Below are positions 34,857-47,415 of a stretch of 64,000 bases of DNA, piece after piece. The notes under the pieces were generated by a model. It saw nothing but the letters and a program-made list of their open reading frames with translations. It searched no databases and was not told where the DNA came from. The translations under genes were made by a program, and so were the position numbers. The first letter of the stretch is position 1; every line of letters starts with the position of its first letter. Where the stretch lies: assembly GCA_010093815.1 (NCBI GenBank), contig ML996568.1; one strand, written 5' to 3'. Source of the stretch: Pseudovirgaria hyperparasitica (Eukaryota).

Positions 34857-36196
34857 CTTGGCAATGAAGAGTAGAGAATGTTAGAGCAGAGAAGAGTGCA
34901 GTGGAATCGATTGATGTCCCTGCCTGTGGTCATCTTCATACTCTTTTTATATGCCATCGTAGCCAGATCACACGTCCTTGATCTAGGTTGTCTCTTACGT
35001 ATGAAACCTTCGATGCCATGTCACTCTCGTCAATCCAAAAATGAAGACAGTCGTACAAAGAGATCTCACTTTAGAGGGTCCGGGCATAAAATTCCTTGCC
35101 TTCGTTTCTTTGATCGTAGCGATGATCACAAGGGATACTGTGTCGGCATGAGAGACAGTATGGAGACCATGGCGATATGACTGAGAAATCAGGAAGCCGG
35201 TCAAGGTACAGACAAAAGACACAAGATGCGTGGAGCCTGTTAGACGTCATTTTTCAGTATCAGCATTTCAGTTTCTTTGAAGATCGAAGACTCCAGGCAT
35301 GTTGGCGTGTCTCTCAATGCCATGCCGAAAGCGAGTGAGGTCTCAGGTTCGACACTTGATGGCTCTACGCAGTGTACAGGGTTTGCCGCCTTCGACAAGA
35401 AATGTGAGACACGATCATCCACCCAATGCACATTCCTCGATGCTCTTGTTCAATTGTCAAAGTATTTGCTGTAGGATTTGAGAAATGAAAAATGTATGTA
35501 TGCGTATGTCCGTCACCCGAAAGTGTGTTCTTGTGTTGCATTCATCATTTGTCGTTTGCGAACTAACAGTGGGATACGACTTTCCGTTATGTCTTTTATT
35601 CTTGTTGTAGTTCGTCGATATGGTTTTCCCTCACGTTCACAATATCTAACTCCATATTGTACACGTGATATCATATTTAAAGTCAAAGCATGTTCCACGT
35701 GAAGTTACAAATACGAGGCTGGTTGGTCCGAGGGTCACTAATTAGTCCTAGCGCCGCTTGACCCCTGGCCTGGGCTGTGAACGCCACCGGAGACTTTGCG
35801 ACCAACACCACAGCTTCATTGTCTGCTCATCGACACGGTCACGCCCATGATGGATGGCACGACCACGTAGTGTAGGCCTATTCTTCTTCGAGACACTCTA
35901 CGTTACTGAGTTGACGCTATTCGGTGTATCCAACTCGGATCCATATGAGTCGGGAACTCGATATATTCGACTTCCAAGTCTAGACGCTGCCAAGCTCCTT
36001 CCGCAGGTCAGCTCGAAAGCCTCCTCGCGCACGTCCAATCATTATGATTCGCGACAGTGACCCCGGACCATTTAAGCGAAGTCAACATGCGCTGTGATAC
36101 GAAGGGGACGCCTCCAAAGCCAGGCCTGGCCGGGCTGAAAAATATGAATATTGGCCATGTCGCTCTCACTAGGGTTGTCACGGCCACTTCCCAACC

Positions 36197-38194
36197 ATGA
36201 ACCACTACGCAGGACTTCCTCAAGATGAGGCCAAAGACAAACCTCAGGTTGAGGCCAATGCCATACCGCCATCGCCATCGGAAACAGCGCCCAGTGTAAA
36301 CAGACCGAAGCAGAGAGGCTGCTGGCATGGGTATCGGAGCATTGTGAGCAAGTTTTGGGTCTGGGAGGTGTTCTGTGCCGTCGCATCTCTTGTGCTCATG
36401 GCCGCAATCGTTGGACTGCTCTATTACTACAATCAGAAACCTGTGTCGGAATGGCCTTATCGGTGGAATATTAACTCTGCTGTTGCATTGCTAGGTGTGT
36501 GATAATCTGTATGGAGTGCGAAGTCCAATAGGCTAATGATGTACAAGTCGTACTTATGAAAGCTTCTATGCTCGTTCCAGTGGCTGAGTGTCTGGTCGGT
36601 CCTGCTTCTATTACTCTCGACAATTTTCTCATGCTGCGTAGGGTCAACTGAAGTGGTACTGGTTCGACCGCGGTGAGCGAACACTGAGCGACATCGACAC
36701 TTTCGATAGTGCCAGCCGAGGTGTGGTGGGATCATTAGAACTGTTATGGACACTGAGATTTTGGTATGCAGTCAATTATGGTAGTAAAGGACGCATACTG
36801 ACTTCAGTAGGCATCTTGCTGCTGTTGGAGCAGTGATCATGATCGCGTCGCTATCCATTGATACACTCACTCAGAGTGTTATCGGGACTCACAGCGATCT
36901 CACATACCTTAACAATTCTGCATCATTACCAAGGAATAACATGTACCTCGACTTCGAGAAGCTGTATACGGGCGAGGAGCTTGGAGACCAGATAGCACCT
37001 TCGGAGGTGGTAACCGGTCTCCTACTTGGTTATTCCTGGATAACCGCAATGAAAATCAACGACACCAACATCGATATTCCTATCAATTGTCCCACTGGAT
37101 ATTGCGAATTTGGAAGATACCAGACAATTGCAATCGGTCACCAATGTGTGGATCGTAGCAGCGAAGTTTTCTTCAATGAGACGGTCGGCAAGTGGGCATT
37201 CGAGGACTTTGTAGGCCTGGATCCAACAAATCAAACAATAGTCTCCGCCAACATCTCCATATATCCCGCTCCTGTCAACAAGGGCTACACTAATTTCGGA
37301 CCGCTGCTGTCGCGAACACTGGTTATGTTCAACGATACGACTGGCACAAACCAACTCCCTATCGCAGTCGAATGCATCATGTACTGGCAGATAAGCACGT
37401 TCGAGACCAGTGTCTCAGCCAACGTGCTCAATGAGACTGGCGTCATCGCCTACGTCAATTTGACAGAAGAAGCACAAACTCAATACGGCCAAGCAGCAGG
37501 AATTCGGATGCGTCCCGCCGAGTGCTGGGTCAATGATACACTCATCGAGAAAGCCGATGACTTCAATCTCGGCGTCCCAGAGTGTTCATTCGCAGTGGGT
37601 CCTAGAGCGCAAATCGGGCTGCAGAACACGCTCCAATCGTCCACGTTCGGCTTGAGTGGCGAGATACTGTACTATCCCGAAAAAGAAGTATGGGGCCCGG
37701 CAAGCCAATTCCTACTCAACGTCTTCTTCTTCCAGGAAAGATTGAACGTCACTGACTCTACATCAATGCTGAAATATATCAACACGTTGTGGATGTCCAT
37801 CTCCTGGAGTCTCACGCAGACAATTCGCCAGATTGACCTCACAACTTCCGACGAGCCAATCGTCGGCTACGCCGCGCAGGGTAAAATGTACGTGCATGAG
37901 GACTACTTCGATGTCAATTGGCAATGGCTTTCCGGTCCCATATTCTTAGTGTTACTGAGCTCGGTGTTTTTGCTGATTACGATCTCAACGCACAAGACAC
38001 ACAAGGCGTGGAAGACGTCGAGTCTACCGTTGATATTTCATGGATTGACAAGAGAGCATCGGATGGCGGTGGGTGAGCCGGAGAAAGTGGTGGATATGAT
38101 GGAGTGTGCAGATGAGGAGAAGGTGCGCCTTATGATTTCAGAATCGGATGGTGGTGTGAGGTTGGTGAGTCGGAGCCGACCTGTGAGCGCCTAG
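36197..38194 (+). CDS. DUF3176-family membrane glycoprotein; exons 36197-36494, 36548-36594, 36642-36763, 36811-38194
   Basis: Spliced PVAECL|GQLKWYWF..FDSASRG..GSL. CPTGYCEF...T......C, V.W.WL..P and WKTSSLPL.FHG motifs. Confidence 0.85.
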
Positions 38195-39537
38195 GATTGG
38201 ATCGAGGATTTGGGTCGATACTGTGTAGCGAAGGAGTTGCTGTTGTGTTTCGAATAATTAGATCAATGCATTCTAATCTTGCCCCACGATGTTACTACAC
38301 AGGGTCATGTTATTTACTTTGTTCCTAAGCAGCATCACTTGGCTTCGAATTGGTAATGTATAAATCTTCATTCTGGGTCACTTCGTATCCAACTCGTACA
38401 ACTGGAAGTGAAAATGAACAGTGCATATCGGTGCTATCTTTCACAGTTCTGAAGTAGCACCATGAGAAACGTCTGCCGTCATATACGGACGGTCAGAAGA
38501 GGGCCTCATATACTGCAGTAGTATCGCTGTTCCCACATCAGTCTCTCGGGCTACTCTCTGTGTAGATATACCATGAGCACCAGACAACCATTCTTCATTC
38601 CGGTAGCACATGACCAGAATAGTGACAGCTATAGCTTCTCCAAGATTAGTAAGGACGATCACGTAACACTCCGACGTTCACTATTTGGCGCTTTATCTAC
38701 AAGACTAACACCACACCGTAGTCTGGTGAAGTGGCGGAGCAACACTTCCTTTTCTCAACTATTTTCTGGCTGGACTTGATCTATACGAATACGACTGCAG
38801 GGGTCGGAACTACAAACTGCATTCGTCTCTATCTCGTCGTCGCCACAAGATAAAATAAATCCCACGAATACCTCAGCACAGTGTTTTGTATGAGGTACCG
38901 GTTCAGATATTCTTTATTTTAGACCTCGCACAATATCGCCCCAATCCTTCAAGTCAGGGGTTAGGCAAGCCGCGAACGAATCATTTGTCCACCCCCTGAG
39001 TGCCATATATTCGAAACTAGGTTGCGCTGAGTACATAGACTGCACAGCTCCTAGGCGCTTGTGATAGTAGCATCTCACCCGAAATAATTACCTATTCCAT
39101 GTTGTAGCCTAAATACCGCCTAATGATACTCATACCAACACTGCTCCACCCGGCAGTTGCAGCTGCTTCAAGGTAACATGAAGCTAATTGCCGGTGCTTG
39201 GATCAGTGTTCATTGATTCGAATGAACAGCGGTCGTCTGGAATATGCACAGACCCATTACGTGTGTTACTCCCAAGCACTCATGTTGCGTCCTAGAGTCG
39301 TGATTCACTACAAGACTTCACAAAGTGAAACCAACGTGCTGGGCCACGTGTGACCGAACTACCGTCGTCTGAGTTTGAAATTCCACAATGCTGCGACTGA
39401 ACACAGATTTTCAATGTGATTGACTATTGACTTGGGCGGTCTCTCTCGTTTTCTTCCAAACATTGGTCTCGCTATATACATGAACCTTCGCCGATCTGAT
39501 AGTACACCCACGGTTAGACGTCGAGTTTCCGTCGGCG

Positions 39538-40709
39538 ATGTCGTCCAACGGACCGATGCCGCCAGGCATACCAGGTGTAGTCTTACCACCGAATGTGCAC
39601 GAGACGCGAACTCTTGAAGCGATTGCATCGATGACACCCTTTGCTGCTCTAGCAATTCTTGCAGTGGCATTGCGGTTCTACTCTCGCAGATTGATCAAAA
39701 CCTACTATGGCCTCGATGACCAACTGTGTCTAGTAGCCTTGATCTTCTCCCTTGGTATTTACGCAAACGCATTGATGAGTATGGCCAAGACAACCGCTTT
39801 GAGGGACAAGCTAATGCTCCACAGTGGTATACTATGGATCTGGCAGACATCTTGCAGTTGTATCCATATTCGACAGGACTGCTTACTTCAAGTGTCTGTT
39901 TGCGTTCCAAATCGGTTATGCTCACGCAATCTTCTTCAACAAGATTTCTATGTTGAACCTCTATACGCGAATCTTCTCTACAAAAAGCTACAAGATCTCG
40001 GCATGGGTGGTAGAGGGTATGGTATTTGCTTGGTACATCGCGGTAGTCGGTGTCTCTATATTCAGTTGCTACCCTATACAAGGATTCTGGAACAAAGCAA
40101 TGGTACCTCCGGCGAAATGTATCCGGACGAAGTTGTTCTTCGTTGGAAATGCGATGCCAAACCTTGCTACGGACATGATCATCCTTATCTTGCCCATACG
40201 TGGCATTTGGGCCCTTCGACTGACGATATCTCAAAGGATCTCATTGTCATTTTTGTTTCTCTTGGGCAGCTTGTATGTCGTTCCCACAGCCAACACTTAC
40301 CATTCCTCTCTCTGGTAGAGCTTTGCTGACCATTCGAAGGATCCCAGTTGCCAGTGCGGTACGCTTTGCTGCACAGTTCGGTGTGGATAAGACAGATTTC
40401 ACATGGACCATGCACGACACAGTCATCTGGACATCGCTACAAACTAGCATTGGGATAATCTGCGCTTGCCTACCAACGCTTCGCCCACTTCTACAGAAGT
40501 TCTTAACCAATTCTAAACGCCGTGGCTCTGAGCAGCACCACGAGATGTCAAAGGGATCAGGGACTTTTGGCCCGTTCTTCAAAGATCCGTTTGAGATGGT
40601 GACAATAATATGCGCGGATGATTCTGAAGCGGCGCCACTCGCACCACCAGGTCGCATACGGGCGGAAACGCAGGTTGAGGTTGTTTACTCTTCGAAGGAC
40701 AACATCTGA
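39538..40709 (+). CDS. PTH11-like GPCR-like membrane protein, no CFEM; exons 39538-39778, 39825-40272, 40340-40709
   Basis: LRFYSR..GLDD, GSGRH, KISML.LY.RIF, CYPI..FW......KC, TD.IILILP and W...Q.SIGIICACLPTLRPL. Confidence 0.9.
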
Positions 40710-41319
40710 CACGGTCTGCGCCAGATTTGAGCAAAGACCCTGCTGTTTCATGCCCTTGGCAGCAATGTGGGCCATCCAGTTTTCGATGCATGGCATCCAA
40801 AGTTACAAACAGAGTGTGGACACAGCTACAACACGAAGCGCTACGTTACGGCGGGCTCAGTTCAGTACGGAGTCTTTATTTAATTGTTGCAATCAATGGG
40901 ACTGTAGTGCAGCGTCTTGAATACTGTGCGCAACAGTTGTTACTCGGGGTGAAGGAATCTTGTCCTGAAGGGCTAATGAATATACAATACATCGGATCTC
41001 TATCCTACAATTTAGAGATCGCACTCCGGGCGTTGCAGGTAAATGTTTACAATTTAACGGTCGTGTAGGTCTAGACTTATTGATCTAAAGATTATAAAAT
41101 CATATCTCCTGAACAGCAAGCTACTTCCTATATATGACACCGAGGAATATGGTCACCAAAGGCGTACCGGTACATCTGGGAAGAACGGCCTCGCCAGTTA
41201 GCTACTGCCAAATATTGTAATTCACTTCGGCTGGTGCGTCTTGCACACAAGAACAAAAAGCCAAATAATGTAACAAAGTCGCTTAATTCACCCCTTTCGT
41301 ATATGATTGATGGTCCAGC

Positions 41320-43051
41320 TTACAGAATATATACCGGCAGTCTTGTATTCATCAATCTCCCTGGCAGCACATTCAAATCACCGTCCTCATAATCATGCAA
41401 TAAGCCCCACAAACCCATCCTCCACATCAACGCCACCCAGACATCCTCTCTCAGTCTCTTCTTCTCTAGGGATATTGAATGCGCGCTTGCCGGACTGTAG
41501 TAGCTACCTGACGTTGTCCCAGTGCCACTGTTCGCCGCTGCAACAAGGGGACGGATCTCATTGAAGTAGTGCTCGAACAACTCCTGTTCCGTATCACAGT
41601 CACGACTCGACAAGAACGATTCGAGATCATCAAGCTGCGCTAGCACAGTGGTAACATGGGAGCCTGCGACGCTGATGACGGTAGCTTTTGGTTGTGCCAA
41701 GAGCCATTCGTCGATATTGTCGATTGCATCGTGGACTTTCTCGAGGAGGTCGATATCGATCTCATCATCTTTCGTTCGCCAGACATCGGTGAGGTCTTCC
41801 CAGGCTTCTATGATACTTTGAACCTGTGAAGATACGTGTGGAAATGTCGCGAGTTTGCGAATCTGTGCGATGATTTCAGTTACAATGGTTAGGGCGCTGA
41901 ATGCGTCGTTCCAGGGATCTTTGGTCGGATTGGGAAGCCGTCGAAATGAGGATCCGCGAATACGAATGTTCGTGGAGAGCATAGCTACGAGCTCGAAGGA
42001 TACTAGGTAATATGAATACTTGTTCCTGCAGATAGCTGGGTAGCTTTGACTTACCAGACCGGACATGATCACGTCGCTTGAACCACTTCTCGATTGTATC
42101 TTGCTTGCACCCGACAAGCTGTAGCGTACGACGAATCTCTTGGTCTCCACCAAAATTCAATGCCAGATCATCATACATCGTCTCCACACACCCGAATACG
42201 AGCTTTCGTACGTTGACAGCGGGCATTGTTCGTCGCTCTCCAAATTCCGTCATGCTGAATACCGAGAAGCTCACCCCGAGTCCTAGCCCGACATACTGCG
42301 ACGACGTCAAGATCATTCCGTTTCCTTCCGCACGCAGATTGTCCGTGTCCGGATCAAACGTGCGCCACCGCATCCCCAGCATGACTGCCAGCTCCGCCAG
42401 ATGACTCATCGTTGTCTGCGCATACGGCTTCAGCACACTATCTGGCATATAATCCCACGAGCGCTTGCGCTTCTGCATCTGCACGACCATACTGTAATCG
42501 GGCGCACCATACTTGATCCCCTTGGGCGTCATCGCATGCTTCGCATCCCACGCACGCCCGGCCCTCTCAGCACGCTGCAACATCGTCAACAGCGAAACCC
42601 ACGTCGCGCGCTCGTCATCGATCGTATGAACGCGCCGGAACCGATTCGTGGTGTTCGCCGCTTCACGGTCCTCGACTTCCTGTGCGCTTTCATCGATCGT
42701 GTTACTCGCGACGTAGCTTTCGTCAGAACCGTCAATGTTCGTAATTCCGCGGCCTGGTACAGGGCCGCGCTTGTTTTCCGGCGTGCCAACGAAGAGGACT
42801 GGGGTCTCGAAGAGTACTTCGAAGCGCACTTCGTTGAGGCGGAAGCGCCGCCGTGTGCTATGGGCCCAGTGGCCCATGACGGGCTTTGCACATTTGCGGT
42901 ATCCTTCAGCAGAGGCGAGGTATTGCTGGAGGGCTTGGGCGATAGCGACGACAAATGCGATAATAGAGATGATAAGCGAGACGATGGCGATGATGTTAGA
43001 AGTGTTGTCGGGGGCTTCGGATGCCATTTGGGGTTGGCCTGAATCGGACAT
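41320..43051 (-). CDS. Modin (Podospora MOD-A)-like protein; intron 42003-42054
   Basis: N-terminal TM, then Q.LQQY.ASAEGY..C...VMG.W, RFEV.FETP, ATWV.LL, SWD.MP..V.KPYA, LRAEGNG, RRLPNP, W.LLHD and RLPVYI. The gene model is solid; the family name is from memory. Confidence 0.65.
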
Positions 43052-43962
43052 CTTCAATGTTCGTGCTCTATTTCGTGACTCAAGCTGTTCTCTCTTCTGT
43101 GCTTGATTGATCGATGTAGCGATTGAGGCGCGACGAAGCCTGGATGTAGGGAAACGACTGAATAGGAAAGCGGGTTGGGGAAAAGTAATAGAGTCGTAAT
43201 GTACTATACGGCACTTCCTAGCTCTTGGATTCCTCTATCGTCTCAGATCTAGAAAACTTGCGACACAAGGCTGTTCAGGCATCGCGGAGAAGATGTCATG
43301 TGTACAAAGCCTTGTGAACATGGCCATGAAGTCCATTTCTATTTAGCTTTCAGCTGAGGAGATAGGTGGACGCCACACAGCGATCCTTCGGGGGGGGGCT
43401 AAATCTGGACCGTTGTTGAAAGCCGTGCCGCAAATTAGCGCTATTAGGTTATTCATATTAAATCTCGTGATCCGTTCAAGTATCGTTTATTCGCTGCTAT
43501 TTTTCGACGCAAATTGATCTATGTTCCAACGACCTGGTTCTTGCGGCGTCGTCCTGCGAAAGTTTTTGGTACTGTACGGGCGGTTGCCTCGGGCCTGTCC
43601 GTCGTATATTCACGTTGCGCTTGTATAGATAGAGACTAGCGTACCCCTTAACTTGACCAGCTTGTCGCCCAGTGGGAACAGGTGGAGTTACAACTTCAAT
43701 TCTATTGCTCATGCGAAGGAGTTCTGTAAGTCATCGTATGGAGTAGGAAGACATAGTAGAGACGGCAACATATCAGAATTGAGAATCGAGGCCCCTGACA
43801 TTCCACAGTCTACTAATTACTGTATTCGTACAACAACTTGATGTACACGTGACAGAAATGAAGGGTCATTTCTTCTTGCTTACCCGCGCCGCAATGCTGC
43901 CAATGGTTTGTTTCTATTCCTGAGGATCTCAACTTAGATACTATTTACAGTTATTGGAACAT

Positions 43963-45774
43963 CTAGTACACTGGCACGGGAATCGAATCCAGAGTATATG
44001 TGAACGAATCAACCGAACTCTGGTCGTAAACACAATCCATATTCACCCCGTCAGTCCAGTACGGACGAAGAGGATATGAGCAGATCTTCCCCTTCGCACC
44101 CTTGTTAGCGCCAGACTCAACAGTGGCGTTTAGCAGCGTCGGATTGACACCACCTTCGACCCACTCGATCAGACTACCGAAAACGTTTTGCGGAAACGGC
44201 GCTGGTTGCGTCGTGCTAGGTGCGCAATGACCAGCCCCTGGGATGAGAAACAGCCGATACCAGTCGTCCAGAGCGGCAACACTGTCGGTGTAACTGAGCT
44301 TAGGGTACATGACTGAGCGCACGGATTCATAATAGCGGACTGATGAGGCAGTCGGGACACTGTCATCGCTTTCGCCATGGAAGTGGATCACTTTGCCACC
44401 AGCAGTTTGGAAGTCCTCGAGATCAGGCCATGTTGTCTCAATGCTGTCTTGGAATTTCTGGAGCGCTTGAAGCATCCAGCTGCGGAGTTTGTCGTAGTCC
44501 ACTGTGCTGAGGTCAATGCTTGTAGTTGCAACCTCATTGAGGAGATAGTCAACAAACTGGTTACCGATACCAGATGCTGAGACGGAGTAGCCACCAGTTG
44601 TGGAGTTGTAGGTTGCGGCAGCGTCGCCGAACGTTGCCACGGGCTGAAAAGGTATGTATACCTGACGACCCTTGGAATCACGGAGTCCATTAAGTAGGAT
44701 CTTTGCAATGTTGATGGCTCCGGCGGAGACTGTTCCATTGACGGCAGGCGAAGGTGCTCCGCCACCCATCTGGCGCTTTCGCTTGCCAGGGGCACCTCCA
44801 CCACCAATTCCTCCTATTGTAGCAGCACAGGAGTAGGGTCTACCAAGAACCGAGTCGAGGTCGAAGTGTGTCTTGCAAAGATCTGTACGGCTAACAACAC
44901 CGTCGACAATTCCATCAAGACCATCACATGCGGCGATCGTGGCGTTGTTGATGGCTGTGAGTTCACACTTCGAAGGTGCATAGTTATTGAGCGTCTCAGC
45001 AACTGCTGGGAATAAGTGGTTGACCTGCTGGAACGCTTGTCTGAATGCTGGGGCTCCGATAGCCGCACCGTCAAATTGCGAGCCAAACCTCTGAACCTGA
45101 CTCCAGCCCTCACGACCACCCTCGGAACAGCCTTGGTAATACGAGTAGAAGTCTTCGATGCCGTAAAATTTGCGAGTGAGTTCCTTGCCAAGCACGCTCA
45201 TCTCGTGGATTGCTTTGTAGCCGAATGCGTAGAGAGCGTCGTAGTTGAGAGTCCCATTTGCCTTTAGCAATACATCAGTCAGTTGAGCGCTCCAGCTTCC
45301 GAACCCTCCATCCGTTGTTCCAGTCGCAGCACCAAACACGAGACCTTGGGAGAGACCTCCGGATCCAGATGAGATGGAGAAGCCGCCACCACCGGATGAT
45401 AGGTACCGATTCTGGAACTCGCTAGGCGCTGGGAGCCAGTACCACAAATTTGTCTGCTGGGAATTAGCATGGCTCTCACAAGGTGGAAGTCATCTTACTG
45501 CTTCGCCATCGCTGCCATCATGCGTGTAAGAGAATGTTACATTGCAGAAGTTTAGACCACTTCCAGCAGGATACAAATTGCTTGATGCTACGGAGTAGTT
45601 TGTGACGGTGTTTGTGGTGACTGAGTCGACGTTGATAGTGATACCAGTGATGAATTCGCTTGCAGGCAGGACCGACTGAACATAAGAGACAGTGCATACG
45701 CTACTGAGACTGGAGTTCAATGCTGCAGACACGCCAACTACAGCCATGGCTGACAATGAGATGATTGAACGCAT
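43963..45774 (-). CDS. Secreted tannase / feruloyl esterase family protein; intron about 45457-45498
   Basis: Signal peptide, CNVT..Y.H, GCSEGGREG nucleophile, HGESD, PGAGHC and an internal KRKR site. Confidence 0.92.
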
Positions 45775-47280
45775 ATCAAACACAGTTCGCCCGTGAAAAG
45801 AGAGCTAGAAGGACTGATGACGCGATGGCGGTACGGTACGAGATGTGCGATATGTAGAACCATACTTATATACTGATGCTAATTATCATCGTGCAAGACG
45901 AAGTATCACTATAAAGTGATTGTAAAGTGGAGACCGACGCGATGTCTCGAAACAGGAAGGCATAGTGTCCGTGATGATGTTTGTGGAGAGGCGCGCGTCG
46001 TGGATAATTAATTATGATGATATATAGTAGAGCGGTACTAGCCGGAATAGGCTAGCTCTCCACGACCCCTTTCGGATCCAAGTGTTATGCGTAACAATGT
46101 CTCCACACGTTAGTGGGGATGCCCTCGGTTCGCGGTGATATACTGTCAGGTACAGGGACCATGTAGATGGGGACTGGTGACGAGTCCGGTGATGGGAATG
46201 AGCTACTTTGATGGAGTTGACGTAGGTACATAATTAGATGGAGGACGTGGTTTAATGATGGAGAAGTCGGAGGCTGGCGTGGAAGCGGCTTGGCGAAGAC
46301 CAAACCTCGATCATCCCATTGAGGTTCTCGACGCCACAGTTGCACACACTTTATCGAGACCCCCGTTCCCCGTTACATCCTTTTTCTCTCTTCTCTTGTG
46401 TATTCATGCTTTGATGGTCTGTAAGCGACAGCATACTACCGCAGACCGTAGCTATGCTCTTCTGCGTTGTACAGTCTTAACAGCTACTAAATACCGGATG
46501 TGCACATGAGCATGGTTCACGACGCAAAGGAAACCACTACTAGCGTCATTCATGCTAACCTCGCCTCGAGCATCACGTAACTACTGTATACATAAGGGGA
46601 CAGCCAATCAGTCAATATAACCCGTAAGACAGTGTTGCAGATGGTTCTCGAGTCTAATATGGCCGACTCATGAAGCATGATCGACGAACGTGTCGTGGTA
46701 TCGCCTCGACGCCGTATTCGCCCCCACGGAGGCACTCTACGAGATGCAAGTTGGTGCTGAGACCACGAGGCTTCCACATACACGACTTCGCAGCCCAGAT
46801 GAGCTGCTTCTCTTCAATATGGTACCACTCTATACCGCATTTCAAGCTTAATTTTCGGATGGGCCAAAAGTCTTCACGTTTTGGTCATCGCTTACAGGCG
46901 GTTTCACAAACGTTTATGTGATACGTTCCAATAGCTGACGGTCATGGAATTGGATAATGGAACAGCTGATAACACTGCGGTCGTACGGAGTGCTATTTTC
47001 ATCAACAATATAAGGCGCAGCGCAAGGCTGGCGAATCACTGGCTGTTGTTACTTCGAATCTGGGAGGCCTCAGTAGTACAGGACGGATCGACAGCGCCAA
47101 ACGCCGTCAGCTTATGGGGGCTGAACCCAACCATTTGCTGCTGAACGGCAAGACCAGGGCGGGCCGTTGCCACAGGTATTGGGGAATACATCTTACAAAT
47201 GTTCCAATGAACCCCTCTCCTAATACTCCTCCTCTTCTCACGCGACAGAACCAACTGAAGATCGGCCGAGTCCACGGGGC

Positions 47281-47337
47281 TATTTACTTGGGGCCATTTA
47301 CTTGGGGTCATTTACTTGGGGCCATTTATTTGGGGGC
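47281..47337. repeat. Minisatellite, 4 x 14 bp (CATTTACTTGGGGC)
   Basis: tatttacttggggc / catttacttggggt / catttacttggggc / catttatttgggggc. Confidence 0.9.
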
Positions 47338-47415
47338 CCTTTGTAAGAGAAGACCGTTCGCATTACTGCCTACCTCGCTAAGGCAGCCTCATATACGAGG
47401 CCTCTTTTATCATAA

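Noticed and set aside
47281..47337. Direct repeats as a CRISPR-like array
   Set aside because: Head-to-tail 14-mers with no spacers, in a eukaryotic genome.
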